A DNA stretch of 63,086 bases, taken from the NCBI GenBank assembly GCA_964491085.1, contig CAZBFB010000046.1, positions 1-63,086 on the forward strand. The letters are read 5' to 3'. Source of the stretch: an uncultured Gammaproteobacteria bacterium (GTDB lineage Bacteria; Patescibacteriota; Patescibacteriia; CAZBFB01). This document shows, piece after piece, positions 36,897 to 46,151 of this stretch. The translations under genes were made by a program, and so were the position numbers. The stretch's first letter is position 1. Each line of letters starts with the position of its first letter. The notes under the pieces are model-generated. The model did not search any database and was not told the DNA's origin. It saw only the letters and a list, made by a program, of their open reading frames with translations.

Positions 36897-39518
36897 ATGC
36901 GATTTCCCAATAAACTTTTTCGATCAGAATGGATGGTGCTGTGTATAGCGGTGGCGCTATTTGTGGTACCATTTTTTTGGTTCAAGAATGGAGAGGCCGA
37001 TTTCGGCGGGGATGCGAGCCGCTTATATTTTTATGATGCACTAAATTCATTGCGCAATGTTGGCGCGCACACAGTCGCGACCTTTGATGTGCCGAGTATC
37101 CACATGTTACCGTTTTTTGCGCTACTGGCATTATTGCAAGTGGTGTTCAGGAACCCCTCCGTGTTGCTATCTCTCGTGAATGGGTGGCTCTTCTCTTTTT
37201 CTTTTTTATCTGTGTATTTGGTGCTTCGGGTATTACAAGAAGAAGACGATTGTTCAGAAGGTGATGCGGGTTCTATTTTAGGTGGCTTATTTTACGCCTT
37301 ATCAGGAATTTTTGTATATAGCTGGCAACGCTATCTGCAAAGTTTTCATGCGATTGTGGTATATCCTTTTGTCATTTGGCTCTTTCTTTTGTTTTTGAAA
37401 TCGGGCAGGAAACGATATCTGCTTTATGCGATTCTTTTGACGGTTCCTTTTGCGCACCTTTTTTCATGGTCTAACTCTCCCGGATTTTTTTCGTTTTTTC
37501 CACTCGCGAGCATTGTCCTTGTTTGGTACGCGTGGCGTAGAAGTAAAGTAGTATTGTTGCTTAAGGGCATGGCGTTCCTGATGATACTAACATCACTGAT
37601 TCAAGCATTTCATTTGCTGCCGCAGGTCGCGAATATTATGCAACCATCAAGTGGAGTACGACAGCTAATATTTAGTGATGCTGGGAAATTAGAGCGCGGA
37701 TTAAATTATTTTACCGCAAACGCACCCTATGTGCGCCTGGTATACAACTTGCTCGGATTCCCTCAATATTATTTGTATCAAACAATAGGAGCACCTCCTG
37801 CGATTGTGGACGCTATTGAGCATTACAGTATTCGTTACATTGGCTTATTTTTTATGATTCCTTTGACCGTATGCCTGGCCAGTATGGTTGTCTTTATACG
37901 GAGGCGTCAAGGGATCAAGGATAGTCGGCACGCTGTGTTTATAGGTTGGTTATCTATTTTTTTGATAATGACGTTTTTTATGACAGCCAATTTATTTGGC
38001 AGCTGGGGACCATCCTTCTATCGTAGTTTATTCTGGATTCCCGGTTTTTCCATGTTCAGAAGTTTTTATGGCGCGTTTTCTAATGCGTTTATATTTTTTT
38101 ACGCGCTCTTGTTTGGATTTAGCTGTGCTATTGTATTTCGCGAACTACGGAGCCGCGTGATTCTGTACGGATATATCTTACTTTTGGTGGTTCCTTTATT
38201 TTATGGAGCGTTCCCTTTGTTTGCCGGAAAAGTGGCCAATATAGAATTAGACGGGGCAGTGCATATGAAAGCTTCCCTCAAACTTAAGCCGGCGTATGGC
38301 CAAGTATTACAGTGGCTACGCGAGACCCCACTAGATACCACGCTTCTGCTGTTGCCGTTGGTTAATTTTGATTATCAGGTAATTGAAGGAGAACGGGGTG
38401 GAGCGTATGTGGGAGCGCCATCTATTCCGTTTTTAACGGGAAGATCAACCTATGCCGGGCTTGGTACATTTGAATTTAATAAGAGTAAAGTGGCTTCGTA
38501 TAATGCCATTGCGCAGAAAATAGAACAGCGGGACTATCGTTCGTTGCAGAGGTTGTTTTCTTTTCTTCATATCGGGTTTATTTTTCATAATGCCAGTCCG
38601 GAGGTGTATGATAATTTTTTTGGATTTCCTTATTCACCAGTTCTGAAAAAATTGTTTCCCACGGCCGCGGATGTGCAGACCTTTGTGAATGCCCTAGGAT
38701 ATACTAAAGTGTTTTCTGCAGGACCGTATTCAATTTTTTATGATGCAGAATTGTTTGTTCCCCAGTTGTTTATTCCTCGCACTATCATAAAAGTTAGTGC
38801 ACCGGAAGAAATCGCGACGGTCATTAGTTCCCAGGATTCGTATGATCCGGCCACCGCATTTTATCAAACCGGCGGTAGTCCGGCCAAGCAAATTGATGTT
38901 ATACCCGGCGGCGTTTTTAATGGACCAGCGCTTGAGTTCAAGAAAATAACTAGCACAAAATATAGAATTAGGGCACACAAAATGACATCTAGTTTTCCTT
39001 TGGTATTCGGCGATTATTTTAATGATGGCTGGCGGCTTTATCCGCAGACAGTAAAGCGGCCATCATGTCAGCTATTTAATAAAAATGACATTACTTTTTT
39101 TGGCGTCTCCAATGAAGAGGAGAATATCTGGTGTCACGAAGGAATTATCAGTACTAGCGGCCAAGCATTCATTTCACAGCCATACGCTGGCTCGATTCAA
39201 AACCAAAACTTGCCGGCCGGAACGATTTTTGAAACTTGGTTCCAACGTCCGCTGTCCGCTTCAGCACACCTTAAGGTAAATGACTACGCCAACTCTTGGT
39301 GGGTTGATCTGGAACAATTGAGGAGAGATTTTCCTGACCGGGTGTGGCAAAATATCAATGGGAGTTATGAGGTTGAGTTTATTTTAGAATTTATTCCGCA
39401 ACGATATTTTTATATAGGAACCGCTGTTTCCCTGCTGACATTTTTTGGGATTGTCGGATATAGCATTAGTGTGTGGGTGAGAAGGAAACGCTTACCGTAT
39501 GAAACGAATCACAAATAA
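36897..39518 (+). CDS. Large polytopic membrane protein, putative GT-C-fold glycosyltransferase (AftD/DUF3367-like), paralog A
   Basis: 873 aa. A roughly 470-aa multi-TM N-domain carries FFWFKNGEADFGGDASRLYFYD and PGFSMFRSFYG motifs. A roughly 370-aa non-hydrophobic domain and a C-terminal TM anchor follow. The family call is from memory and needs an HMM search. Confidence 0.5.
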   Translation: MRFPNKLFRSEWMVLCIAVALFVVPFFWFKNGEADFGGDASRLYFYDALNSLRNVGAHTVATFDVPSIHMLPFFALLALLQVVFRNPSVLLSLVNGWLFSFSFLSVYLVLRVLQEEDDCSEGDAGSILGGLFYALSGIFVYSWQRYLQSFHAIVVYPFVIWLFLLFLKSGRKRYLLYAILLTVPFAHLFSWSNSPGFFSFFPLASIVLVWYAWRRSKVVLLLKGMAFLMILTSLIQAFHLLPQVANIMQPSSGVRQLIFSDAGKLERGLNYFTANAPYVRLVYNLLGFPQYYLYQTIGAPPAIVDAIEHYSIRYIGLFFMIPLTVCLASMVVFIRRRQGIKDSRHAVFIGWLSIFLIMTFFMTANLFGSWGPSFYRSLFWIPGFSMFRSFYGAFSNAFIFFYALLFGFSCAIVFRELRSRVILYGYILLLVVPLFYGAFPLFAGKVANIELDGAVHMKASLKLKPAYGQVLQWLRETPLDTTLLLLPLVNFDYQVIEGERGGAYVGAPSIPFLTGRSTYAGLGTFEFNKSKVASYNAIAQKIEQRDYRSLQRLFSFLHIGFIFHNASPEVYDNFFGFPYSPVLKKLFPTAADVQTFVNALGYTKVFSAGPYSIFYDAELFVPQLFIPRTIIKVSAPEEIATVISSQDSYDPATAFYQTGGSPAKQIDVIPGGVFNGPALEFKKITSTKYRIRAHKMTSSFPLVFGDYFNDGWRLYPQTVKRPSCQLFNKNDITFFGVSNEEENIWCHEGIISTSGQAFISQPYAGSIQNQNLPAGTIFETWFQRPLSASAHLKVNDYANSWWVDLEQLRRDFPDRVWQNINGSYEVEFILEFIPQRYFYIGTAVSLLTFFGIVGYSISVWVRRKRLPYETNHK

Positions 39519-42447
39519 AATTTTACAGGCAAGCGGAATAATTCGCGTTTTTTTCGCTAATTATATCGGTCGTCTTTTAGTACTCGTGGCAGCCGTACTT
39601 ATTGGTAGGCACATTTTTTTGTTTGACATTTACGAAACGACTCTTTTGTTATTGTTAATGGGGAGTACGTTGGCGATAGTGCATCCTGCCCTGATCGCTT
39701 TTTGCGCAATAGTGATGTTTATCAGCGCGCCATTTTATCATTTGCAAGGAAATATTAATGCGGCCGAGCACGCGGTGGTGTATGGCTATTATTTATTATG
39801 GTTGCTGGTGGCACATCAGGCCGGTTTCTGGCTTTGGGAGCGTAGTATAATGATTCGTCGGATGGGAGCAGTGATGCGCAGTCGCGAGCAATCGATCTAT
39901 TATTTTTTTAGGCGACTCGGTCGGCGGGCTGCGGAAATTACGGTTAAATTTAGCGTCGCCGCGCTACGCCGGGTAGTGCATTTTATATGGCGCAATAAGG
40001 CAGAGCTCGCACTGGCGATTGTATTATTTTTTATTCCGTTTTTTTGGTTTCAAAATGGAGAAGCTGATTTTGGCGGCGACTCGTCGCGGTTATATTTTTA
40101 TGACCCGTTGAATTGGTTGAAATCAATGGGGCTGTATGAAATCAACGCCAGCGGTTTTGACAATCCGAATTTTTTTATTATCCCGTTTCTGCTGTTGTTG
40201 CAAGGCCTGAAGTGGCTTTTTAGGAACAACGCATCAACCATGCTGGCGGTGTTTAATGGCATGTTGTTAAGCGGAGCGTTCTTGTCAGTCTATGGCACCG
40301 TACGGGTGTTTCTTTCCCATCGTGAAGATAAGCGTTATGTTCGCGCGGCCGCGATCATGGGCGCGCTCTTTTTTGTTTTGTCACAGAGCATAATGTATGG
40401 TTGGCAAAAATCTCTTTATACATTCCACCAGATAGCGGTCTATCCCTTGGTGGTGTTGCTGTGGTTAGCGTATATTCGTTCTCGCCGGTTTTTTTATATC
40501 TTAGTATCTCTTTTAGTAACCTTCGTATTTTCGGTTAATTTTAGTCTTTACTCGGCACCTTCTTTTTTTAGTTTTTTTATGTTTGCGTTTCCGTTGGTTT
40601 CTTTGTATGCCGTTTTTGTAAAACGGAAGAAGGTATGGACGCAAGGGTTTGTATTGTTCCTTGTTTTGTTTCTGTTACTGCACGCCTTCCAGCTTTTTCC
40701 TCAACTCGTGTCAATCTCGAATCCCGCAAGTAACATTTACGAAAATTTATTTACCAAACACGGCCAACTTGATCGGGGTTTGAATTATTTTCACGGAGTG
40801 CGCTCCATGGTACGGCTTATTTATAATATAGTTGGGTTTACGCAGTATTATCTGTATACGCAAACCGTATCTTCTCTGCCGTTATTGAAAATGTTGTTTA
40901 CCTTCGGCGTGCAGGTATTATATCTATTTCTTATATTCCCGATCATAATCGTCGGTGGATTTATGATAAGTTTAAAAGAACGCGTCCGGGTAATGCGGCT
41001 CGTTTTACTCACCTTGATGTCCCTCCTTTTGATAAGCCTATTCTTCATGACGGCTAATATATTCGGGATTTGGGGACCAAAAATGTATGCAGCGCTTTTT
41101 TCTGTCCCTGGATTTTCTATGTTTAGGAGTTTTTATGGTGTCTTTGCTATTGTCTCCGTCTATATACTAGCTCTGACTTTTGGTGTGGCCAGTCACTATG
41201 TTTTGGTCTTTTTGCCGCACCGTGTTATGCGCGCCATTTTTATCGGCGGGCTTCTCGTACTGCTTGGTTATAATGGCATTCCTTTTTTTCAGGGAAGTAT
41301 TGTGAATGTTGTTATGTCCGATACCAAAGGAGTGAAACTTTCCAATCATTTTAGGTCATCACTGGATGAGATGCTGATCCATGTCAGAAATGATACGCTT
41401 GATGCTCGAATAGTAACGTTACCCCTAACAAATTTTGGTTATCAGATCATTGATGGTGAATTTGGAGGTGCCTATGTCGGCCCTTCTCCTTTGGGAATGC
41501 TCGCCGGGCGGCAGGTTTTTAGCGGATTGGCCTCATTTGATTATCCGCCAAGCTCTGTATTTTCTCAAGAATTTATTCTAGATCGCCTGCGAGTGAAGGA
41601 TTATCGTACCCTTAATCGTTTGTTTTCGCTCCTCAACGTGGGCTATATATTTTATAATTCAAATCCCGATATATACCTTGATAAATTCATCGGCTGGCCC
41701 TACTCAAAAGCAGTGTGGGATGCCTTTCCTCTGTTTGCTGATTTCGATGGCTTTATAAAGCGTTTGGGCTACACCCCTATTTACAGTGCGGATACCTATA
41801 TATTGTACAATAACCAGGCCTATTTTTTGCCGCATATTTATATTCCTCTCCGCATAAAAAAAGTTGACAACGAAGGTCAAATGAAAGATAACTTGATCAA
41901 TGATTCGGGCTATGAATTACAAACAGTGTTTTATGTAACGGGTACCGCCGCTGACTCATTGATCGCAAAATTTTCCGATGGGCTGGCGCATCCTCCGATA
42001 CTTGAGATAAAAAAAATTAACACCACAAAATATCGTTTACTGATTAGTAATATTACTGCGAATTTTCCGCTCATTTTCAGTGAGCCGTTCCACCCTGGTT
42101 GGCGGCTGGCTTTGGAGTCGGTAGCCGGCGCGTCAGGGACTGATGGTATAACTGCTTCTAGACAAATAGGGCTCCTCGATGAAAAAAATCACACGCGGGC
42201 AAACCAATACGCCAATGGTTGGTGGATTGATCTCAATTATATACGCGATCATTACGGGCAAGCGCTTAAACAAAACGTAGATGGTAGTTATACTATGAAC
42301 GCAACCCTTATTTTTGCTCCCCAAGAAAATTTTTATACCGGAGCCGCGATTTCTTTACTAGCTCTTATTATTATCGTGCTTCTTACTATTGTGCTCGGCG
42401 TCGTGTATGGTATCCAGGCGCGGGGTAGAGTAGCGCAGGGAAAATAA
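39499..42447 (+). CDS. Large polytopic membrane protein, putative GT-C-fold glycosyltransferase, paralog B, with an extra roughly 165-aa N-terminal membrane module
   Basis: 982 aa, collinear with paralog A: FFWFQNGEADFGGDSSRLYFYD, PGFSMFRSFYG, LPLTNFGYQIIDGEFGGAYVG, NQYANGWWIDL. Confidence 0.5.
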   Translation: MKRITNKILQASGIIRVFFANYIGRLLVLVAAVLIGRHIFLFDIYETTLLLLLMGSTLAIVHPALIAFCAIVMFISAPFYHLQGNINAAEHAVVYGYYLLWLLVAHQAGFWLWERSIMIRRMGAVMRSREQSIYYFFRRLGRRAAEITVKFSVAALRRVVHFIWRNKAELALAIVLFFIPFFWFQNGEADFGGDSSRLYFYDPLNWLKSMGLYEINASGFDNPNFFIIPFLLLLQGLKWLFRNNASTMLAVFNGMLLSGAFLSVYGTVRVFLSHREDKRYVRAAAIMGALFFVLSQSIMYGWQKSLYTFHQIAVYPLVVLLWLAYIRSRRFFYILVSLLVTFVFSVNFSLYSAPSFFSFFMFAFPLVSLYAVFVKRKKVWTQGFVLFLVLFLLLHAFQLFPQLVSISNPASNIYENLFTKHGQLDRGLNYFHGVRSMVRLIYNIVGFTQYYLYTQTVSSLPLLKMLFTFGVQVLYLFLIFPIIIVGGFMISLKERVRVMRLVLLTLMSLLLISLFFMTANIFGIWGPKMYAALFSVPGFSMFRSFYGVFAIVSVYILALTFGVASHYVLVFLPHRVMRAIFIGGLLVLLGYNGIPFFQGSIVNVVMSDTKGVKLSNHFRSSLDEMLIHVRNDTLDARIVTLPLTNFGYQIIDGEFGGAYVGPSPLGMLAGRQVFSGLASFDYPPSSVFSQEFILDRLRVKDYRTLNRLFSLLNVGYIFYNSNPDIYLDKFIGWPYSKAVWDAFPLFADFDGFIKRLGYTPIYSADTYILYNNQAYFLPHIYIPLRIKKVDNEGQMKDNLINDSGYELQTVFYVTGTAADSLIAKFSDGLAHPPILEIKKINTTKYRLLISNITANFPLIFSEPFHPGWRLALESVAGASGTDGITASRQIGLLDEKNHTRANQYANGWWIDLNYIRDHYGQALKQNVDGSYTMNATLIFAPQENFYTGAAISLLALIIIVLLTIVLGVVYGIQARGRVAQGK

Positions 42448-42458
42448 CCAATATTTAT

Positions 42459-43409
42459 ATGGGACAAGGGCAAGACAGATTCAATAAAATTTTTTTGATC
42501 GTTATTGCCGTGGGGATTGCCTACACGGTGCTTCACGTTACGATACTTGAAGCATTTTTAATTATTTATATTGCCACAGCAGTACTTTTTGACTGGAATG
42601 GGTCAGTGCCATTATTGGGTGGGATTGTTTTGTACGCCTTTACCAGGATACTAGTCAAGAGCCGTCCCGATTTTAATGCGGGGCAGCTTGAATTGTATAG
42701 CTGGTATCTGATAGGAACAGGACTCCTGCTGATGGTATGGAAACGTGTCTTAAATACTCGAGAGCGTATTTTCTTTTGGTTGAAGTCAGTTGTACCCAAG
42801 TTGAAGTCAGTTGTACAAATACGGCCACAGATTCATATGCCGAGGATAGTGGTACCGATACCTCGTTTGCGCTGGCATGATTTTTTTTCCAGCTTTAGAT
42901 TGGCTCGACTGTGGCTGACTCAATTTGTCGCTTCCACCATGCCGTATCTTCGCAATGTATTTAAGCAGGGCGTGGTTTTTACTGGGCGAGTACTAGTGAT
43001 GGGCAGTCGTTATTGTGTGTTGGAATTTATTAATTTATTTAAGGTGACATGTCAGTATGGCCGGCGAGTGTATCATATCGTTTTTGGTCATTTTTCTCGA
43101 CGAATGAAGGGCAACATAATTAGCATGGTCGCGGCGTTGTTTATATTGTTTTTCTTTACCAAATTTAATGCCGGTAGTGTGTTGCTTTTACTTTTTGCCT
43201 TAGCGATTTTTTTATTCAATCTTGACCGCCGTCTTCCCTTGGCGGCCAGCATCGGATTTTTTTTGGCAACCGCCGGAGCGCTTATTGCTGGCGTTAAAGA
43301 AACTATTATCGAAACATTGGTACTATACGCCTATTACTGTATGCTAATAGGAGTCCTGGGAGCTTTGTATACCGGCAGAAAAAAAATAATCCATGATTCG
43401 GTTTATTAA
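42459..43409 (+). CDS. Hypothetical polytopic membrane protein
   Basis: 316 aa with several hydrophobic helices and no recognisable catalytic motif. The ORF is open and tightly packed between the GT-C-like genes. Confidence 0.55.
   Translation: MGQGQDRFNKIFLIVIAVGIAYTVLHVTILEAFLIIYIATAVLFDWNGSVPLLGGIVLYAFTRILVKSRPDFNAGQLELYSWYLIGTGLLLMVWKRVLNTRERIFFWLKSVVPKLKSVVQIRPQIHMPRIVVPIPRLRWHDFFSSFRLARLWLTQFVASTMPYLRNVFKQGVVFTGRVLVMGSRYCVLEFINLFKVTCQYGRRVYHIVFGHFSRRMKGNIISMVAALFILFFFTKFNAGSVLLLLFALAIFLFNLDRRLPLAASIGFFLATAGALIAGVKETIIETLVLYAYYCMLIGVLGALYTGRKKIIHDSVY
42780..42816 (+). repeat. Tandem duplication, 21-bp period (ttgaagtcagttgtac x2) encoding LKSVVPK-LKSVVQ
   Basis: A 16-nt identical core repeated 21 nt apart inside the 42459 ORF. 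Confidence 0.85.
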
Positions 43410-45189
43410 ACATATTGCGTCAGCTGGTTTACAGCGGATGTCCAAACTATTAGGGAGATGGACAAATCCATTTTTTGTATTTCTGGGACTTACCTTGAGC
43501 GTTGTATTGCCGCTTTTTTTCAAGCCGGGCTTTTTGTTTTTGCTTGATTTTGCACCGGTACCCCAGTCATTGTTTCCCGAGGTGATCACGCGCAGCGATT
43601 TTTTGTTTCGGGCTAGCTGGTGGTTGTTAGATCTGTTTTTGCCGGGTGGTTTTTTGCAGAAACTTTTTTTGGGAGTAACTTTTTTTATGGCCGGGTTTGG
43701 TATGTTTCGTTTTTTGGCCTGGCGCGGAACAGCCGAGAGTAGCTCGTGGGCGCACTATTTTGGAGCATTTCTTTATTTGTTTAATCCCTTTGTATATTCA
43801 CGAATTCTCGTTGGACAATGGATTTTGATTGCCGCCTATGCCTTGTTGCCTTGGTTTGTCCAGGCGTTTATGGAATTTATCGAACGCCCATCATATCGCG
43901 GGGCATGGTTGACTGCTGTGTGGTGGACGGCCATATTTAATATAAATCTTCATTTAGGCGTAATAAGTATTATTTTTCCGATTATTTATGTAATAAGTAT
44001 CTTTTTCAAAATTCCCACAAAATTTTTTACGCTACCGCGCCTTAGATGCTATCTGGTTTTTATTGTTTTAATGGTTATCGGTAATGGCTATTGGATGGGG
44101 CCATTAGTCACCGGCCGTTCCCCAGTTGGTACTTTTGTGTTGACTACCATTAGCGACGTTGATATTTTTTCTTTTTTTACGCGAGCTGATCCAGTCCATG
44201 GCGTCATCTGGAATACAGCTGCCATGTATGGATTTTGGGCTGATGATGATGTGCGTTATTTTTCGCAGAAATTTTTTGCGCCATACTGGTTTTATGTTTT
44301 CTTTGTTATTTTTGGATTGGTACTATGGGGAATAATTAGTAGCCGTTTGCGGCGGGGGCAGGACAAGGTGGCGGCAATCGCTCTTAGTTTTTCTTTATGG
44401 ATTACCTTACTTGGTACAGGTATCCTGGCATTTTATGTAGCCGTGGGGGTGGCGCACCCTTTTTTTAAATCGTCGGTTCTTTGGTTATATAATCACGCTG
44501 TCTTTTTAAAAGGGTTTAGGGAGCCGCATAAATTTATTGCCCTTTTAGTATTTGTATACTGCGTCTTTAGTGCGGCTGGGGTAGCTGATATTCTGGGTCG
44601 TCTCGAGCAGTGGCAGGGACGATCTTGGTGGTGGTTAAAAATGATTACGCCAGGACTGCTTATAGTCATTCCTCTGATGTATTCTCCGGGAATGCTTTGG
44701 GGATTTTATGGCCAACTCCGCCCCGCCGATTATCCTAAGAGCTGGTTTGAGGTTGATCGTTTATTGGTTAATGATCAGGCAGAGTTTAAGGCGTTATTTT
44801 TGCCCTGGCACCAGTATATTTATCTGGCGTTTGCTAAAACAGTAATTGTTAATCCGGCCGATCAGTTTTTTCACAAGCCAATTATAGCCGGTGATAATAT
44901 TGAATTTGGTTCTATTTATACGCAAAGCACCCGATCAGAGTCAAAATATATTGAGGCGGATATTCTTGGTAGTCAAGGGAAGTTTGTTAAAATTAAGGGA
45001 AAGCCGCCCGAGTTGAGTTTAGGAGAAAAACTAAATCATCTCAATATCAAATACATAATTATGGCCAAGGAATCGGATGCGTTTAATTATACGTTTGTCC
45101 AGAATTCTCCCGATATAAAATTGGTGTATGATTCGCCGGAGTTGGCGGTATATCAAAATTTGTTATTCGCGACTGAAACAGTAAATTAG
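43393..45189 (+). CDS. Polytopic membrane protein, putative GT-C-like glycosyltransferase, paralog C (shorter)
   Basis: 598 aa, roughly 440 aa multi-TM plus a soluble C-terminus. FLKGFREPHKF aligns with FSMFRSFYGAF of paralogs A and B. Confidence 0.4.
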   Translation: MIRFIKHIASAGLQRMSKLLGRWTNPFFVFLGLTLSVVLPLFFKPGFLFLLDFAPVPQSLFPEVITRSDFLFRASWWLLDLFLPGGFLQKLFLGVTFFMAGFGMFRFLAWRGTAESSSWAHYFGAFLYLFNPFVYSRILVGQWILIAAYALLPWFVQAFMEFIERPSYRGAWLTAVWWTAIFNINLHLGVISIIFPIIYVISIFFKIPTKFFTLPRLRCYLVFIVLMVIGNGYWMGPLVTGRSPVGTFVLTTISDVDIFSFFTRADPVHGVIWNTAAMYGFWADDDVRYFSQKFFAPYWFYVFFVIFGLVLWGIISSRLRRGQDKVAAIALSFSLWITLLGTGILAFYVAVGVAHPFFKSSVLWLYNHAVFLKGFREPHKFIALLVFVYCVFSAAGVADILGRLEQWQGRSWWWLKMITPGLLIVIPLMYSPGMLWGFYGQLRPADYPKSWFEVDRLLVNDQAEFKALFLPWHQYIYLAFAKTVIVNPADQFFHKPIIAGDNIEFGSIYTQSTRSESKYIEADILGSQGKFVKIKGKPPELSLGEKLNHLNIKYIIMAKESDAFNYTFVQNSPDIKLVYDSPELAVYQNLLFATETVN

Positions 45190-45211
45190 TCAGGTTGATA
45201 ATAGATTACGC

Positions 45212-45964
45212 ATGACATCTTCCTTTCTTACTATTGATAAGCTTGAAGTCGTGGCCGGCGAGCAAGTGATTTTGCGCAATCTTAATTTGGTAATTGCGCC
45301 CGGTGAGATCCATGTTTTAATGGGCCCGAATGGTTCTGGTAAGTCAACGCTGTGTCATGCGCTGCTGGGGCATCCGAGCTATGTGGTGCGTGGGGGCACG
45401 ATTAAGTGGCAAGACCAAGATTTGTTAACCCTCTCAATCGACGCGCGAGCGCGAGCAGGATTGTTTTTGGCCTGGCAACATCCGTATGAAATTCCTGGTG
45501 TGAGTTTACCGCAGTTAGTGCGAGCGGCTCTTAATGCGCGGGCAGATAAAGACAGCCCGTTGACATCACCGGTTGCCTTGGTAAAAACATTAAAAGGATA
45601 TCTCAAGGATCTCGGGTTGTCGGAAGAGTTTTTAGCGCGTTCTCTGCATGAGAACGCTTCGGGCGGAGAAAAAAAGCGACTCGAGCTGGTGCAACTGTTA
45701 ATGCTCAACCCGCGGTTGGCCATGCTTGATGAAATTGATTCCGGCGTGGATATCGATGCCCTGCAGATGATGGCAAAAATAATCATGCAGCAGGCGCAAT
45801 CAGCCAACACGGCGTTTTTGATTATCACGCATTATCCGCGCCTGACAAAGTTTGTCACGCCGCACCAAGTTCATATTTTAAAAGAGGGGGCTATCGTAGC
45901 CAGCGGCGGGCCGGAATTGGCCGAACGAGTGGAACGAGATGGGTATGGAGCGTTTGGTATCTAA
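45212..45964 (+). CDS. sufC: Fe-S cluster assembly ATPase SufC
   Basis: GPNGSGKST Walker A, the SGGEKKR signature, LAMLDEIDSG Walker B, and ITHY. Confidence 0.92.
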   Translation: MTSSFLTIDKLEVVAGEQVILRNLNLVIAPGEIHVLMGPNGSGKSTLCHALLGHPSYVVRGGTIKWQDQDLLTLSIDARARAGLFLAWQHPYEIPGVSLPQLVRAALNARADKDSPLTSPVALVKTLKGYLKDLGLSEEFLARSLHENASGGEKKRLELVQLLMLNPRLAMLDEIDSGVDIDALQMMAKIIMQQAQSANTAFLIITHYPRLTKFVTPHQVHILKEGAIVASGGPELAERVERDGYGAFGI

Positions 45965-45975
45965 AACCAGTAAAA

Positions 45976-46098
45976 ATTCGAAATCCTAAGCCCGAAATCA
46001 GAAACGGGTTATAACCCCACCCCACCTCCCCTTAGATTAAGGGGAGGAGAGGAGGGGTTACGAATTTGTTTCTAGTTTCGGATTTCGTGCTGCGGATT
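45976..46098. repeat. Composite repeat: family-D arms (cgaaatc.../...gatttcg) with a family-B-like palindrome nested at 46014..46059
   Basis: ccgaaatcagaaac / gtttctagtttcgg inverted arms. The centre is aaccccaccccacctccccttagattaaggggaggagaggaggggtt. Confidence 0.7.
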
Positions 46099-46111
46099 TT
46101 TATTTAGAATG

Positions 46112-46142
46112 CTGGATTCCGGATCAAGTCCGGAATGACAAA
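46112..46142 (-). repeat. Family-A hairpin repeat (tgtcattcc-stem-loop-stem-ggaatccag)
   Basis: ctggattccggatcaagtccggaatgacaa, 10 nt before the sufB start. Confidence 0.85.
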
Positions 46143-46151
46143 ATAATCTCT

